Assembly (NCBI GenBank): GCA_042571725.1
Contig: JBHPFN010000004.1
Location: 507-64,506, forward strand
Source of the DNA: Candidatus Omnitrophota bacterium
GTDB lineage: Bacteria > Omnitrophota > Gorgyraeia > VGKH01 > JBHPFN01
Length of the DNA: 64,000 bases
Direction: 5' to 3'
The notes beneath the pieces are model-generated. The model did not search any database. It was not told where the DNA came from and was given only the letters and a program-made list of their open reading frames with translations. Of this stretch, positions 46,981-57,146 are shown one piece after another. Each line of letters opens with the position of its first letter. The stretch's first letter is position 1. A program made the translations under genes and the position numbers.

Positions 46981-47937
46981 ATGAACGCAAAAAGAAATAT
47001 ATTTCTATTAACGATGCTTTTGCTAGCTGCAGTGGTTTTAGGAATTAGTCAAGGGTCTGTGCGCATCCCGTTTTCAGAACTGTTATCCGAAAAATACCAG
47101 CAGATCTTGTTTTTACGATTTGCACGTGTTGCGCTGAGTATTTTAGTCGGGGCTGGGTTGGGCGTCTGCGGTGTTGTGCTGCAGGCAATCTTAAGAAATC
47201 CACTTGCTGAGCCCTATCTCTTAGGTACTTCAAGCGGCGCTGGTTTAGGTGCGGTGGTAGGAATCATTATCGGAATTTCCGGCGCAGCGCTTCCCTTTGT
47301 TGCATTCTTAGGAGCACTTCTGACGATTTTCTTAGTCTATAACATAGCGCGGGAGAACAATACAATTCCGGTTCAATCTCTTATTTTATCAGGGGTAATT
47401 GTTGCGATCGCACTTTCTGGAATTGTGGTATTCTTGGTATCACTTCACAGCAGCGAGGCGCTGCATGGGATGATGTGGTGGCTCTTAGGGAGTCTGCAGG
47501 TATATGATTTAAAACTCCTTTCGATAGTTACTGCGATAGTGGTAAGCGGGATTATCCTTATATTTATTCTTGCGCAGGATTTAAATGCGATTAGTATTGG
47601 CGAAGAAGCCGCGCTCCATTTGGGCATTGATATAGAAAAGATAAAGAAGATATTGCTATTGATCACTTCTTTAATTACCGGAGCGCTGGTTTCTATTTCC
47701 GGAATGATCGGGTTTGTCGGTTTAATTATTCCGCATATCATGAGGTTTATCGTGGGGCCAGATCACAAAAGGCTTATTCCGGCGACCTGTATTGGTGCAG
47801 CGGCATTTTTAGTGCTATGCGATACCTTCTCGCGCAGCATAGTTCCTCCGGTTGAAATTCCGATAGGGGTAATTACTGCGTTTGTAGGCGCACCGATTTT
47901 TATCACTTTATTAAGAAGGAAGCAGAGGGTCAAATAG
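46981..47937 (+). CDS. btuC: FecCD-family ABC permease (BtuC-like)
   Basis: 318 aa, about 9-10 TM, GAGLGVCGVVLQAILRNPLAEPYLLGTSSGA signature. Confidence 0.8.
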   Translation: MNAKRNIFLLTMLLLAAVVLGISQGSVRIPFSELLSEKYQQILFLRFARVALSILVGAGLGVCGVVLQAILRNPLAEPYLLGTSSGAGLGAVVGIIIGISGAALPFVAFLGALLTIFLVYNIARENNTIPVQSLILSGVIVAIALSGIVVFLVSLHSSEALHGMMWWLLGSLQVYDLKLLSIVTAIVVSGIILIFILAQDLNAISIGEEAALHLGIDIEKIKKILLLITSLITGALVSISGMIGFVGLIIPHIMRFIVGPDHKRLIPATCIGAAAFLVLCDTFSRSIVPPVEIPIGVITAFVGAPIFITLLRRKQRVK

Positions 47938-47939
47938 GT

Positions 47940-48731
47940 ATGGGTACTGTATTAAAAGTTGATACGCTTTCTGCTGGTTATGGTAGCCAGACCGTTATAC
48001 GAGATGTTTCATTTACGATCCGCAAGGGTGAATTTGTAGGCATTATAGGTCCCAATGGTTCGGGAAAATCAACATTGCTAAGGACCCTAAGCCGCGCACT
48101 TACTCCCTTGAAGGGAACCGTAGTATTTGAGGGACAGGATATATATGCTATGGGGCTGAAAGATTTGTTTCAAAGAATTGCCTTTGTGCCTCAGGATACG
48201 TTGATTAATTTCTCATTTTCCGTCTGGGAGATTGTCTTAATGGGCAGGATCCCTCATCTGAAAAGGCTTCAGGCAGAGCAAAAAGCAGATTGTGTTATAG
48301 CTGAAGATTCTCTTAAAGTTACGGATTCATTGTCGCTTAAAGAGAAGATGATTAACCAGTTAAGCGCAGGAGAGCGTCAGCGGGTTATTATTGCCAAGGC
48401 ATTGACCCAGGAGCCGATACTGCTCTTTCTTGATGAGCCGACGTCACATTTGGATATTACGCATCAGATACGGATATTAGATTTACTCAAAAGATTAAAC
48501 CGCGAACAGGGCTTAACTATTGTTGTTGTCCTGCACGATTTAAATTTAGCAGGGGAATATTGCAAGAGGCTTATGATGCTTAACGAAGGCGCTATCTTTA
48601 AAGACGGCACCCCGGAAGAGGTATTAACGTATCAAAATATCGAAGAAGTGTATAAAACTGTAGTGGTAGTAAACAAAAATCCCATGTCTTCAAAGCCGTA
48701 TGTAACATTGGTTTCACAAGAAAAGGGATAG
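47940..48731 (+). CDS. btuD: ABC transporter ATPase (BtuD/FepC-like)
   Basis: Walker A GPNGSGKST, signature LSAGERQR, Walker B LLFLDEPTSHLD. Confidence 0.85.
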   Translation: MGTVLKVDTLSAGYGSQTVIRDVSFTIRKGEFVGIIGPNGSGKSTLLRTLSRALTPLKGTVVFEGQDIYAMGLKDLFQRIAFVPQDTLINFSFSVWEIVLMGRIPHLKRLQAEQKADCVIAEDSLKVTDSLSLKEKMINQLSAGERQRVIIAKALTQEPILLFLDEPTSHLDITHQIRILDLLKRLNREQGLTIVVVLHDLNLAGEYCKRLMMLNEGAIFKDGTPEEVLTYQNIEEVYKTVVVVNKNPMSSKPYVTLVSQEKG

Positions 48732-48764
48732 TGTTTTTTGACAACCTGGCTTATATTGGTGCTC

Positions 48765-48960
48765 GTAAAAGCTTAATAGGGAAACTTGTACTTGCCTGTA
48801 CTCATCGTGCTCAATAGTGAGTGCAGGCAGGAAGCAAGTGCGGTCCCGCCGCTGTACGAGGCTACGAACGTCACAAAAAAAAGCCACTACTCGCCATAAG
48901 GTGTGTGGGAAGGCAGTGATAAGTAGGTTTGATGCCTTAAGTCAGAAGACCTGCCAATAT
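48765..48960 (+). promoter_or_regulatory. Cobalamin (B12) riboswitch 2
   Basis: AATAGGGAA...GGTCCCGCCGCTGTA...GCCACT...GGGAAGGC and B12 box aagtcagaagacctgcc at 48939-48955. Upstream of the TonB-dependent receptor. Confidence 0.8.
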
Positions 48961-49041
48961 ATTAGAGAATGTTTCTTACAAAGCCTCGTGGATAGGCCTA
49001 AGGAGACTATAGATTTTTAAGGGTAAAGTAAAACAGGGTGC

Positions 49042-49080
49042 AGCCCTTGGCGTAAAAAAACGTCAAGGGCTCTTTTATTT
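49042..49080 (+). terminator. Riboswitch 2 expression-platform terminator
   Basis: agcccttg (49042-49) pairs with caagggct (49064-71), followed by cttttattt. Confidence 0.55.
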
Positions 49081-49094
49081 GAGAAAGGAAAAAG

Positions 49095-51134
49095 ATGAAA
49101 CGATTTATTATTACTGGTTTTACCATTTGGATTCTTCTGGCGTGTACGTCTATTGCTGCAGCCGATGAGGAAAGTGCTGTGGATTTAGGTCCGATTGTCA
49201 TTACCGCCAGCCGTATCGCACAACATGACTATAAGGTTGCCGGCAATGTTACCGTTATTAATAGCGAGGATATTGAAGCATCTAACGCACGCACAATCCC
49301 CGAAATTTTACAGCTTCAACCCGGTGTCAACATCTACGACACCGGTACCACTAAGACGGCAACGGTTGACATTCGCGGGTTCGGTGATACCGCAGCTCGA
49401 AACGTGCTTATTTTAGTCAATGACCGCAAGGTTAATTCTATCGATATTTCAGGACCTGACCTTATGCAGATTCCTCTTGAAGCAGTAGAGCAAATTGAAA
49501 TCGTACGGGGTGCGAGTTCAGTTTTGTATGGAGATAACGCGGTCGGAGGTGTGGTTAACATTATCACCAAGCAGGGCAAAGGTTCGCTCTCAGGCCAAGT
49601 CGGCGCGGCCTACGGAAGTTATCGGACTTCAGGTGCTAATATGGAAGTCACCGGATCGCGAAAATTTGAAATGACCGGTTTAGATAATGAAATATCATAC
49701 TATTTGTATTCGAAGTATTATTATACTGATGGCTACCGGGATAACAGCGATTTGTTGAGTAAGGATTATAACGGCCACTTTGGTTATAAGTTGTCTGATA
49801 GGGCATCGGTTGACCTTCGGATGGGCTGGCATAGGGATGATTACGGACTTCCCGGTGGGTTGGATACCGATGAATTAGCAAGCTTAGGCAGAAGAGGTTC
49901 AGCTGATTCCAATGATTTTGCTTCCTCTAAAGATAAATTCGTTCAACTTGCATTTGATATAAAGCCTTATCCCGACGATATTGAGCTTGGACACCTTGCC
50001 CTTGATTTTTCCTATCGCAAGCGCGATACCTATGGTTCGTTTGCAGCGTTTGATTTTAACTCAAAGCGCGCAATCGATTCCTATGGGTTGACCAGCAAAT
50101 ACATTTTTGATAAAGAATTGTTTGATAAAGAATTTAATTTTGTTGCCGGCCTTGATTATTACGATACAGATAATGGTATTTTAGGAAGTGGTTCAAACAC
50201 CGATGACTTGACCATTTCGAAAGAAGAATTCGGTGGCTATCTGTTTGCTGAATATGAAGCCTTTGATGATTTCTTTGCAAGCGCGGGAACACGTTTTCAA
50301 CAAGCCGATTATACCTTTGATCAGAGGGCAGCAACGGTCAGCTACGATTCTACAAAACCGCAAGAATCGGTGAGCTCCTTTGGTATGAAGTATGAATATG
50401 CGCCAGGTTCAAATATGTTTTTTGACGTTCAGCAAACCTTTCGGTTTCTCGCAACCGATGAATGGTACGATTCATTTACGGCTACACTCAATAGAGATCT
50501 CGAGCAGCAAACCGGTATGCAGTATGAGGCGGGCCTAAAGCACAATTACAAGAATGCCAGCGTTCTTACCGCAACGGTGTATCAGTTAGATTTAAAAAAT
50601 GAGATTTTCTATGATCCAAAAGGAGGACCCGGAGGGTGGGGTGCGAATTCCAACTACGATACCACACGTCGATTTGGCTTCGAAGCAGGCCAGACTACAA
50701 ATGTGTTGCGGTTTCTTGATACGGAAATGTTTAACACTTTGGAATTCTCCACCAACTACGCGTATCAAGATCCGGAATTTGTAGACGGTGTAAACGACGG
50801 TAAGCTTATTCCTTTAGCAGCTCAGCATCAGGCTAATATTGGTTGCAATCTCGAGTTGTATAATAATCTCGGGTTTTCGATACAGGGTCGTTACGTAAGT
50901 TCTCGATACCCTATCAATGATACCGAGAATATCACTGTACCACTAAAGCCATACTTTGTAGTGGACAGTAAATTTTCTTATAAGAGACGACATCTGGAGT
51001 TTTTCGTAGCGATTAATAATATGTTTAATGAGAAATACTATAGTTATGCAGCGAAAAAATCAGGGTCACTCGATAAAGATCACTATCCTGCTGCAGAACG
51101 CAATATTCTCATCGGTGTAACGGGTAAATTCTAA
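49095..51134 (+). CDS. TonB-dependent outer-membrane receptor (BtuB-like by riboswitch context)
   Basis: Signal peptide. TonB-box-like LGPIVITASR. Plug motifs IEIVRGASSVLYGDNAVGGVVNIITK. C-terminal beta-barrel ending in F. Confidence 0.8.
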   Translation: MKRFIITGFTIWILLACTSIAAADEESAVDLGPIVITASRIAQHDYKVAGNVTVINSEDIEASNARTIPEILQLQPGVNIYDTGTTKTATVDIRGFGDTAARNVLILVNDRKVNSIDISGPDLMQIPLEAVEQIEIVRGASSVLYGDNAVGGVVNIITKQGKGSLSGQVGAAYGSYRTSGANMEVTGSRKFEMTGLDNEISYYLYSKYYYTDGYRDNSDLLSKDYNGHFGYKLSDRASVDLRMGWHRDDYGLPGGLDTDELASLGRRGSADSNDFASSKDKFVQLAFDIKPYPDDIELGHLALDFSYRKRDTYGSFAAFDFNSKRAIDSYGLTSKYIFDKELFDKEFNFVAGLDYYDTDNGILGSGSNTDDLTISKEEFGGYLFAEYEAFDDFFASAGTRFQQADYTFDQRAATVSYDSTKPQESVSSFGMKYEYAPGSNMFFDVQQTFRFLATDEWYDSFTATLNRDLEQQTGMQYEAGLKHNYKNASVLTATVYQLDLKNEIFYDPKGGPGGWGANSNYDTTRRFGFEAGQTTNVLRFLDTEMFNTLEFSTNYAYQDPEFVDGVNDGKLIPLAAQHQANIGCNLELYNNLGFSIQGRYVSSRYPINDTENITVPLKPYFVVDSKFSYKRRHLEFFVAINNMFNEKYYSYAAKKSGSLDKDHYPAAERNILIGVTGKF

Positions 51135-51398
51135 ACAGACACTGTTGTTTATTGCTATTGTATAGTTAGATGGTAATGGATTTTTCAATAATTAATCTGA
51201 ATGAACAAAAAAAATTTAATCAATACACTTTAAAAAAGTTTTTTAACGACGAATTTTCACAATCAGCATGAAGCAACAAGTCAACACGATTAAAATATGT
51301 TGACAAAGAAAAAAGAAGTGATAGAATTAAATTGTTATCAGGAAAGATAATCGTCTTCATAAGACATTTTAAATAGATTAATACGCAATTACTCCGCA

Positions 51399-51446
51399 AC
51401 ACAACAGATTGTATTCTTTCCTGAGTTTTGACACAATATCTGGTAT
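51399..51446 (+). promoter_or_regulatory. Candidate tandem NrdR boxes
   Basis: acacaacagattgtat (51399-414) and acacaatatctggtat (51431-446) match about 13/16 and 12/16 of the remembered palindrome acaCwAtATaTwGtgt. Their starts are 32 bp apart, just upstream of the nrdJ promoter. Confidence 0.35.
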
Positions 51447-51454
51447 TTTGTAAC

Positions 51455-51483
51455 TTGACAAGCACAATCCTCTTTGTTATACT
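51455..51483 (+). promoter_or_regulatory. Candidate sigma70 promoter of nrdJ
   Basis: TTGACA (51455-60), 17-nt spacer, TATACT (51478-83), 34 nt before the GTG start, with AAGGTGG as the RBS. Confidence 0.55.
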
Positions 51484-51516
51484 GTAATACACTTCTCGTT
51501 TGAAAGGTGGTGAATA

Positions 51517-53781
51517 GTGATCGACAAACTCTCCGAAAATGCCCTCACGGTTTTAGAAAAACGTTACCTCAAAAAAGATCATTCCGGAAAATCTACCGAA
51601 GGCCCCTACGATATGTTTCGGCGCGTTGCAAAAGCAATTGCGTCTGCGGATAAATCATATGACACTTCGTCTGAAGAGATAAAAAGGGCCGAGGAAGCAT
51701 TTTACTCGATGATGGTGCAGTTAAAATTTATGCCCAACTCCCCAACGCTAATGAACGCAGGAAGAGATTTAGGCCAACTCTCTGCCTGTTTCGTGCTTCC
51801 TATCAATGATTCTATGGATTCCATATTCGAGACATTAAAAGCCACTGCACTTATTCATAAATCAGGAGGCGGAACCGGATTTTCGTTTTCACGCTTGAGA
51901 TCTAAGAATAGTGTTGTGAAGACTACCGGAGGCGTAGCCTCAGGACCGATATCCTTTATGAAGGTTTTCGATGGTGCTACGCAAGCGGTTAAGCAGGGAG
52001 GTACCAGGCGCGGCGCGAATATGGGTATTTTACGCGTTGACCATCCTGATATTATAGATTTTATTACCTGTAAGGCAGAGGATAAGCAGATTAGCAATTT
52101 TAATATCTCTGTTGCGGTAACCAGAGAATTTATGAGCGCATTAGAGCATAATGAGGATTACGATTTAGTCGATCCTCGTACTGACAAAGTAGTCAAAAGC
52201 CTTAATGCCAAAGAGGTTTTTGACCTTATCGTAAAGATGGCTCATAAAAACGGAGAGCCCGGAATCATCTTTATCGATAAAATGAATGATTTTAATCCTA
52301 CACCGAAATTAGGCGCATATGAATCTACTAACCCTTGTGGTGAGCAGGTCCTGTTGCCTTACGAGAGCTGTAATTTAGGCTCAATTAACCTATATCGCAT
52401 GCTTAAGAAAACAAGCGACCGTTATGAGATTGATTGGGAAGAATTACGCGTCACCACTCATACCGCTGTACATTTCTTAGATAACGTCATTGATATCAAT
52501 AAGTTTCCTCTCAGTGAAATTGAGAGGAGCACAAAACTTACCCGTAAGATAGGCTTAGGCGTAATGGGATGGGCGAGCATGCTCTTGCGTTTAGGCATAC
52601 CGTATAATTCTCAAGAAGCAGTAAATATCGCTGAAGAGATAATGTTGTTTATTTTAGAGGAGGCACGCAAGAAATCGCAGAAGCTGGCGAGAGTAAAAGG
52701 CGTTTTCCCCGCATTTAAAGGCAGTATCTACGATAGAAAAGGCATCAAGAAGCAGAGAAATGCCACCCTTACTACCATTGCCCCTACCGGGACCATTAGC
52801 ATTATCGCAGGCCCGTGTTCTTCGGGGATTGAGCCGGTCTTTGCCATTTCGTACTACCGCTCCTGCATGGATAATCATAAATTAGTAGAAGTTGACCCTG
52901 TGTTTGAAGAGATTGCACGCGAGCGCGGATTTTATTCAAAAGAATTAATGGATAAGATTGCTAAAGAAGGTTCGATTCAGAGGCTAAAAGAGGTTCCTGA
53001 GGACATAAAGCGGGTGTTTGTTACTTCACACGATATCAGCCCTGAATGGCATATTAGAATGCAGGCTGCATTCCAGAAATATACCGATAATGCAGTCTCA
53101 AAGACAGTTAATTTCTCCACTACAGCTACGGTTAAAGATGTGCGCGAAGTGTATATGTTAGCCCACCATTTAGGTTGTAAAGGCGTTACTATTTATCGTG
53201 ATGGCAGCAGGGAAGAACAGGTATTAAACATCTCTGGAAGGGACAAAAAACTACACGTTGCCAGTAAAGTTGCCCCTCGCCCAAGACCTGAGGTGACCAT
53301 GGGCACCACCACAAAGGTTTCAACCGGCTGCGGCAATCTCTATGTGACTATCAATGTTGATCAAGACAGCAAGCCCTTCGAAGTCTTTACCCAAATCGGA
53401 AAAGCCGGCGGTTGTGCTGCCAGCCAGCTAGAAGCAGTCGGCAGGCTGGTATCGTTGGCTCTGCGTTCCGGAGTGGAAATAAAGTCTATCGTTGATCAAT
53501 TGCGCGGCATTCGGTGTCCGTCTCCGTCATGGGAGAAAGGAAAAAGGATTTTCTCATGCACCGATGCAATTTCCCGAGTAGTCGAAAAACGTCTTTGCGA
53601 CGAAACTGCAGTTATATCCCAGGAAGAAACACAGGCTGAGAGCACATCGAAGATAGGGCATCAGGCGGTGAAACGACGCGGAACCACCGTTGTAGTAGGC
53701 ATGTGTCCCGATTGCGGAAGTGCTCTGCGCCACGAAGAAGGCTGCGTTAAGTGTCAGGCCTGCGGATTCTCTAAATGCTAA
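51517..53781 (+). CDS. nrdJ: Class II (adenosylcobalamin-dependent) ribonucleotide reductase
   Basis: 754 aa. SNPCGEQ, TIAPTGT and VSKTVN motifs. C-terminal CxxC...CxxC zinc tail. No separate beta subunit adjacent. Confidence 0.85.
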   Translation: MIDKLSENALTVLEKRYLKKDHSGKSTEGPYDMFRRVAKAIASADKSYDTSSEEIKRAEEAFYSMMVQLKFMPNSPTLMNAGRDLGQLSACFVLPINDSMDSIFETLKATALIHKSGGGTGFSFSRLRSKNSVVKTTGGVASGPISFMKVFDGATQAVKQGGTRRGANMGILRVDHPDIIDFITCKAEDKQISNFNISVAVTREFMSALEHNEDYDLVDPRTDKVVKSLNAKEVFDLIVKMAHKNGEPGIIFIDKMNDFNPTPKLGAYESTNPCGEQVLLPYESCNLGSINLYRMLKKTSDRYEIDWEELRVTTHTAVHFLDNVIDINKFPLSEIERSTKLTRKIGLGVMGWASMLLRLGIPYNSQEAVNIAEEIMLFILEEARKKSQKLARVKGVFPAFKGSIYDRKGIKKQRNATLTTIAPTGTISIIAGPCSSGIEPVFAISYYRSCMDNHKLVEVDPVFEEIARERGFYSKELMDKIAKEGSIQRLKEVPEDIKRVFVTSHDISPEWHIRMQAAFQKYTDNAVSKTVNFSTTATVKDVREVYMLAHHLGCKGVTIYRDGSREEQVLNISGRDKKLHVASKVAPRPRPEVTMGTTTKVSTGCGNLYVTINVDQDSKPFEVFTQIGKAGGCAASQLEAVGRLVSLALRSGVEIKSIVDQLRGIRCPSPSWEKGKRIFSCTDAISRVVEKRLCDETAVISQEETQAESTSKIGHQAVKRRGTTVVVGMCPDCGSALRHEEGCVKCQACGFSKC

Positions 53782-53820
53782 TTTTCTCACGCCTTGCCAC
53801 CCAATACAGAGGACGTGGTT

Positions 53821-55107
53821 ATGAAAAAGATTCTTTATATCGTCCTTGATGGCCTTGGGGATTTACCGATTAAAGAATTAGGCAAAAAAACCCCCCTTGA
53901 GGCCGCAAATACTCCTCGCTTAGATACCTTGGCACAAAAAGCGAAGCTAGGTAAAGTGTATCCTGTGGCAAGGGGCATCGCACCGGAATCAGATATCGCA
54001 GTTATAAGTCTTTTAGGGTTAGACGCGCATACGCATTATACAGGCCGTGGTCCTTTAGAGAGCTTTGCCGAAGGGCTTATGGTACACAAAGGAGATCTGG
54101 CACTACGAGTAAACTTTGCTACGGTAAAAGAAGACGGCAAGACTATCGAAGACCGGCGCGTAGGAAGAAATCTCTCGGCAGAAGAAACAGAAGCCCTTTC
54201 TAAAGAAATCAATTCGCAGGTTATTTTAAGTAGCGCCACGTTTGATTTTAAAGCTACTATAGGTCATCGTGGCGTTTTGGTTATTCGATGTATCAGAAAT
54301 AGGCTTTCCGGATGGATTACCAACACAGACCCCGCCTATGAAAGAAGAGGCTTGTTGGGCATTGCGAAAAAGAAACCAGGCAAGGCGCTGCTGGAAAGCA
54401 GACCTATGTCCGGACACGAGAAGTCGCTTCATGCAAAAGAAGCAGCAAAGCTGCTCAACGAATTTACTCAGAAATCGCATAGCGTCCTTAATCAATCTGC
54501 GGTAAACAAACAGAGAATTTCCGACGGCCATTTACCGGCAAATATTATTCTTTCTCGGGATGCAGGCGACCATCTGTCGCAATTTCCTTCTTTGCAAGAA
54601 ACGCATGGACTGAGTTTTGGTTCATTTGTCGAGATGCCGGTCGAGAGAGGTATCGCACTTCTTGCCGGTATGGCGGTTATCAATGTTCCTTCACGCACAG
54701 GGGATCTGGATATTGATTATGGCGTCTGGGCAAAGCTTGCATTAGAAGGGTTGCATAAGTTTGATTGCCTCTATGTCCACATCAAAGGGCCTGATGAGGC
54801 AGCGCACGACGGAGATTTTATAAAGAAAAAAGAAATCATCGAAGCAATCGATGCGTTCTTTTTTGCAAAGTTACTCCCTGCGCTTGATATGGATGATACC
54901 GTAGTTGCCGTAACTGCAGATCATACCACTGTAAGTCGATTGCGAGCCCACACTGCTGATCCGGTGCCGCTTTTAGTCTACGTACAAGGCATTCAAGGGG
55001 ATCGCGCATCTGGTTTTAGCGAGCGGCAGGCAAAAAGGGGAAGCTTAAAGTCGATAACCGGTAGAAAGCTAATGGACTTGTTTAAAAAATACGCCGCGAG
55101 TACATAG
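53821..55107 (+). CDS. apgM: Cofactor-independent phosphoglycerate mutase, archaeal type
   Basis: ILYIVLDGLGD N-terminus, HIKGPDEAAHDG and VTADHTT metal-site motifs. Start at ATG 53821 (RBS GAGGA 7 nt upstream). Confidence 0.7.
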   Translation: MKKILYIVLDGLGDLPIKELGKKTPLEAANTPRLDTLAQKAKLGKVYPVARGIAPESDIAVISLLGLDAHTHYTGRGPLESFAEGLMVHKGDLALRVNFATVKEDGKTIEDRRVGRNLSAEETEALSKEINSQVILSSATFDFKATIGHRGVLVIRCIRNRLSGWITNTDPAYERRGLLGIAKKKPGKALLESRPMSGHEKSLHAKEAAKLLNEFTQKSHSVLNQSAVNKQRISDGHLPANIILSRDAGDHLSQFPSLQETHGLSFGSFVEMPVERGIALLAGMAVINVPSRTGDLDIDYGVWAKLALEGLHKFDCLYVHIKGPDEAAHDGDFIKKKEIIEAIDAFFFAKLLPALDMDDTVVAVTADHTTVSRLRAHTADPVPLLVYVQGIQGDRASGFSERQAKRGSLKSITGRKLMDLFKKYAAST

Positions 55108-55208
55108 TACACTATTTTAAAACTTGCCAAAAAGCGCGAAACACTGTAGAATAGCTTTAAGTAATTTTTGCCATAAACTTCTAACGCAATATTTGAAAGG
55201 AGGAATGA

Positions 55209-55604
55209 ATGAAGAAACAACGAGGTTTCAGCATGGGTTTTAAACGAGGTGTTATCATAGCCGCTGAAAAGGACAACGCGGTACACATTGCTAAATTAAT
55301 GGAGGAGTACGATATAGGCGCTGTGGTTATTTTACGGGGAGAAAAGCTTGTAGGACTTGTCAGCGAGCGCGATTTAGCCAGGCGCGTTATCGCAAAAGGG
55401 CTATCCCCGCAAAAAGTACACGCAAAAGATTTTATGACAACAAAAGTTGTTACCGCCGAGTTTAAAGACGGCATTCGAAAGATTTATCAGACGCTCTGCA
55501 ACGTAAAATTTAGACACCTTCCTATTATGGACAAGGGTAAGTTAGTCGGCATCGCATCTCAGAGGGATGTGTTGTATAGCTTGAGTCCTAAAGAAATGTT
55601 TTAA
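55209..55604 (+). CDS. CBS-domain pair protein
   Basis: Two CBS-like repeats (GAVVILRGEKLVGLVSERDL; HLPIMDKGKLVGIASQRDV). Confidence 0.75.
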   Translation: MKKQRGFSMGFKRGVIIAAEKDNAVHIAKLMEEYDIGAVVILRGEKLVGLVSERDLARRVIAKGLSPQKVHAKDFMTTKVVTAEFKDGIRKIYQTLCNVKFRHLPIMDKGKLVGIASQRDVLYSLSPKEMF

Positions 55605-55726
55605 CGATAGTTTTTGTGCTTCTAACGCATCGTACCGTTGATGAGTTATATTTTTATGATACGATATAATTCTCCTCCGCTGCAAACCCGCTTTTCTCCA
55701 CTCTATTTTCTAAGAAAGGAGCTTGT

Positions 55727-57118
55727 ATGAGCCTTAGGAAGATTCTACTCAACGAAAACGATATCCCCCGACAATGGTATAATTTAGCAGCCGATTTACC
55801 TACCCCTATGCAGCCGCCGTTGGGGCCCGACGGAAAACCAATTACGCCCGATATGCTCGCTCCGGTATTTCCCATGAATCTGATTGAGCAGGAGGCAAGC
55901 CAGGAGCGCTGGATTGATATCCCTGAAGAGATTTTAGAGATTTTGTACCGTTGGAGGCCGGCTCCTCTGCGAAGGGCGGTGTATTTAGAACAGCATTTAA
56001 AAACTCCTGCGCGTATTTATTATAAGGATGAAAGCTTAAGCCCTCCGGGGAGCCATAAGCCCAATACCGCTATTGCACAAGCCTGGTACAACAAACAGTT
56101 TGGCATAAAACGGTTAACCACAGAAACCGGCGCAGGTCAATGGGGTAGTGCCTTGGCCTTTGCCTGTAGTTTGATAGGGCTAGAGTGCAAGGTGTATATG
56201 GTGCGTATTAGTTACGAACAAAAACCACTTCGTAAATCGATGATGAAAATATGGGGCGCAGAATGTATCCCCAGTCCGAGCGATCAGACAAAAGCAGGTA
56301 GAGATATCTTGAAGCGGATGCCTGATACGCCCGGAAGTTTGGGCATTGCTATCTCGGAGGCAATCGAAGATGCAGTGACCGATACCTCAGGGAAAACCCG
56401 GTATTCATTAGGTAGTGTGTTGAATCATGTATTGTTGCATCAGACAATAATCGGGCTTGAGGCAAAAAAACAACTTGCCAGTATTAAAGAGAAGAACGTT
56501 GATGTAGTAATTGGTTGTGCCGGAGGGGGGAGTAATTTCGCCGGGCTTGCGTTTCCCTTTGTTTGCGATAAGATTAACGGCGCAAAAATAGATATTATTC
56601 CTACCGAGCCTACCGCATGTCCGACCATGACCCGCGGTCCGTTTACCTATGATTTCGGAGACGTCGCTTGTCAGACACCTTTGATTGCAATGTATACCCT
56701 AGGGCACGCCTTTGTACCACCGCCTATACATGCAGGAGGCCTGCGCTACCATGGCATGGCGCCTCTTGTTAGCCAGGCGGCTGTTGAGGGATTGATTAGT
56801 CCACGGTCGTTTGATCAGGTGAAATGTTATGAGTCTGCGGTGCTCTGGGCAAAAACCGAAGGGTTTATCTGCGCACCCGAGACCAGCCATGCTGTTGCCT
56901 GCGTGATTGATGAGGCGATAAAAGCACGGGAAGAAGGTAAGGAGAAGGTCATCCTTTTTAACTACAGCGGGCACGGACTAATGGATTTAGCCGGCTATGA
57001 CAAATTCCTCTCCGGAGAGCTCGATGTATATTCCTTGCCGGAAGGTGACTTAAAGGAATCGTTAGGTTCGATAAAAGATTTACCAAAGGCACCTGTGGGA
57101 AAGTCGGGTAAATGGTAG
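55727..57118 (+). CDS. trpB2: Tryptophan synthase beta-like, TrpB2 type
   Basis: 463 aa. [17 protein letters not shown]-lysine motif and [11 protein letters not shown] glycine loop. The N-terminal extension is typical of TrpB2. Confidence 0.75.
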   Translation: MSLRKILLNENDIPRQWYNLAADLPTPMQPPLGPDGKPITPDMLAPVFPMNLIEQEASQERWIDIPEEILEILYRWRPAPLRRAVYLEQHLKTPARIYYKDESLSPPGSHKPNTAIAQAWYNKQFGIKRLTTETGAGQWGSALAFACSLIGLECKVYMVRISYEQKPLRKSMMKIWGAECIPSPSDQTKAGRDILKRMPDTPGSLGIAISEAIEDAVTDTSGKTRYSLGSVLNHVLLHQTIIGLEAKKQLASIKEKNVDVVIGCAGGGSNFAGLAFPFVCDKINGAKIDIIPTEPTACPTMTRGPFTYDFGDVACQTPLIAMYTLGHAFVPPPIHAGGLRYHGMAPLVSQAAVEGLISPRSFDQVKCYESAVLWAKTEGFICAPETSHAVACVIDEAIKAREEGKEKVILFNYSGHGLMDLAGYDKFLSGELDVYSLPEGDLKESLGSIKDLPKAPVGKSGKW

Positions 57119-57146
57119 AGCATAAACAGCGCAACGAATAGGATAC

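Noticed and set aside
51220-51492. 90-aa - strand ORF in the nrdJ upstream region
   Set aside because: It lies in an AT-rich intergenic region holding the promoter and operator candidates, and has a low-complexity translation.
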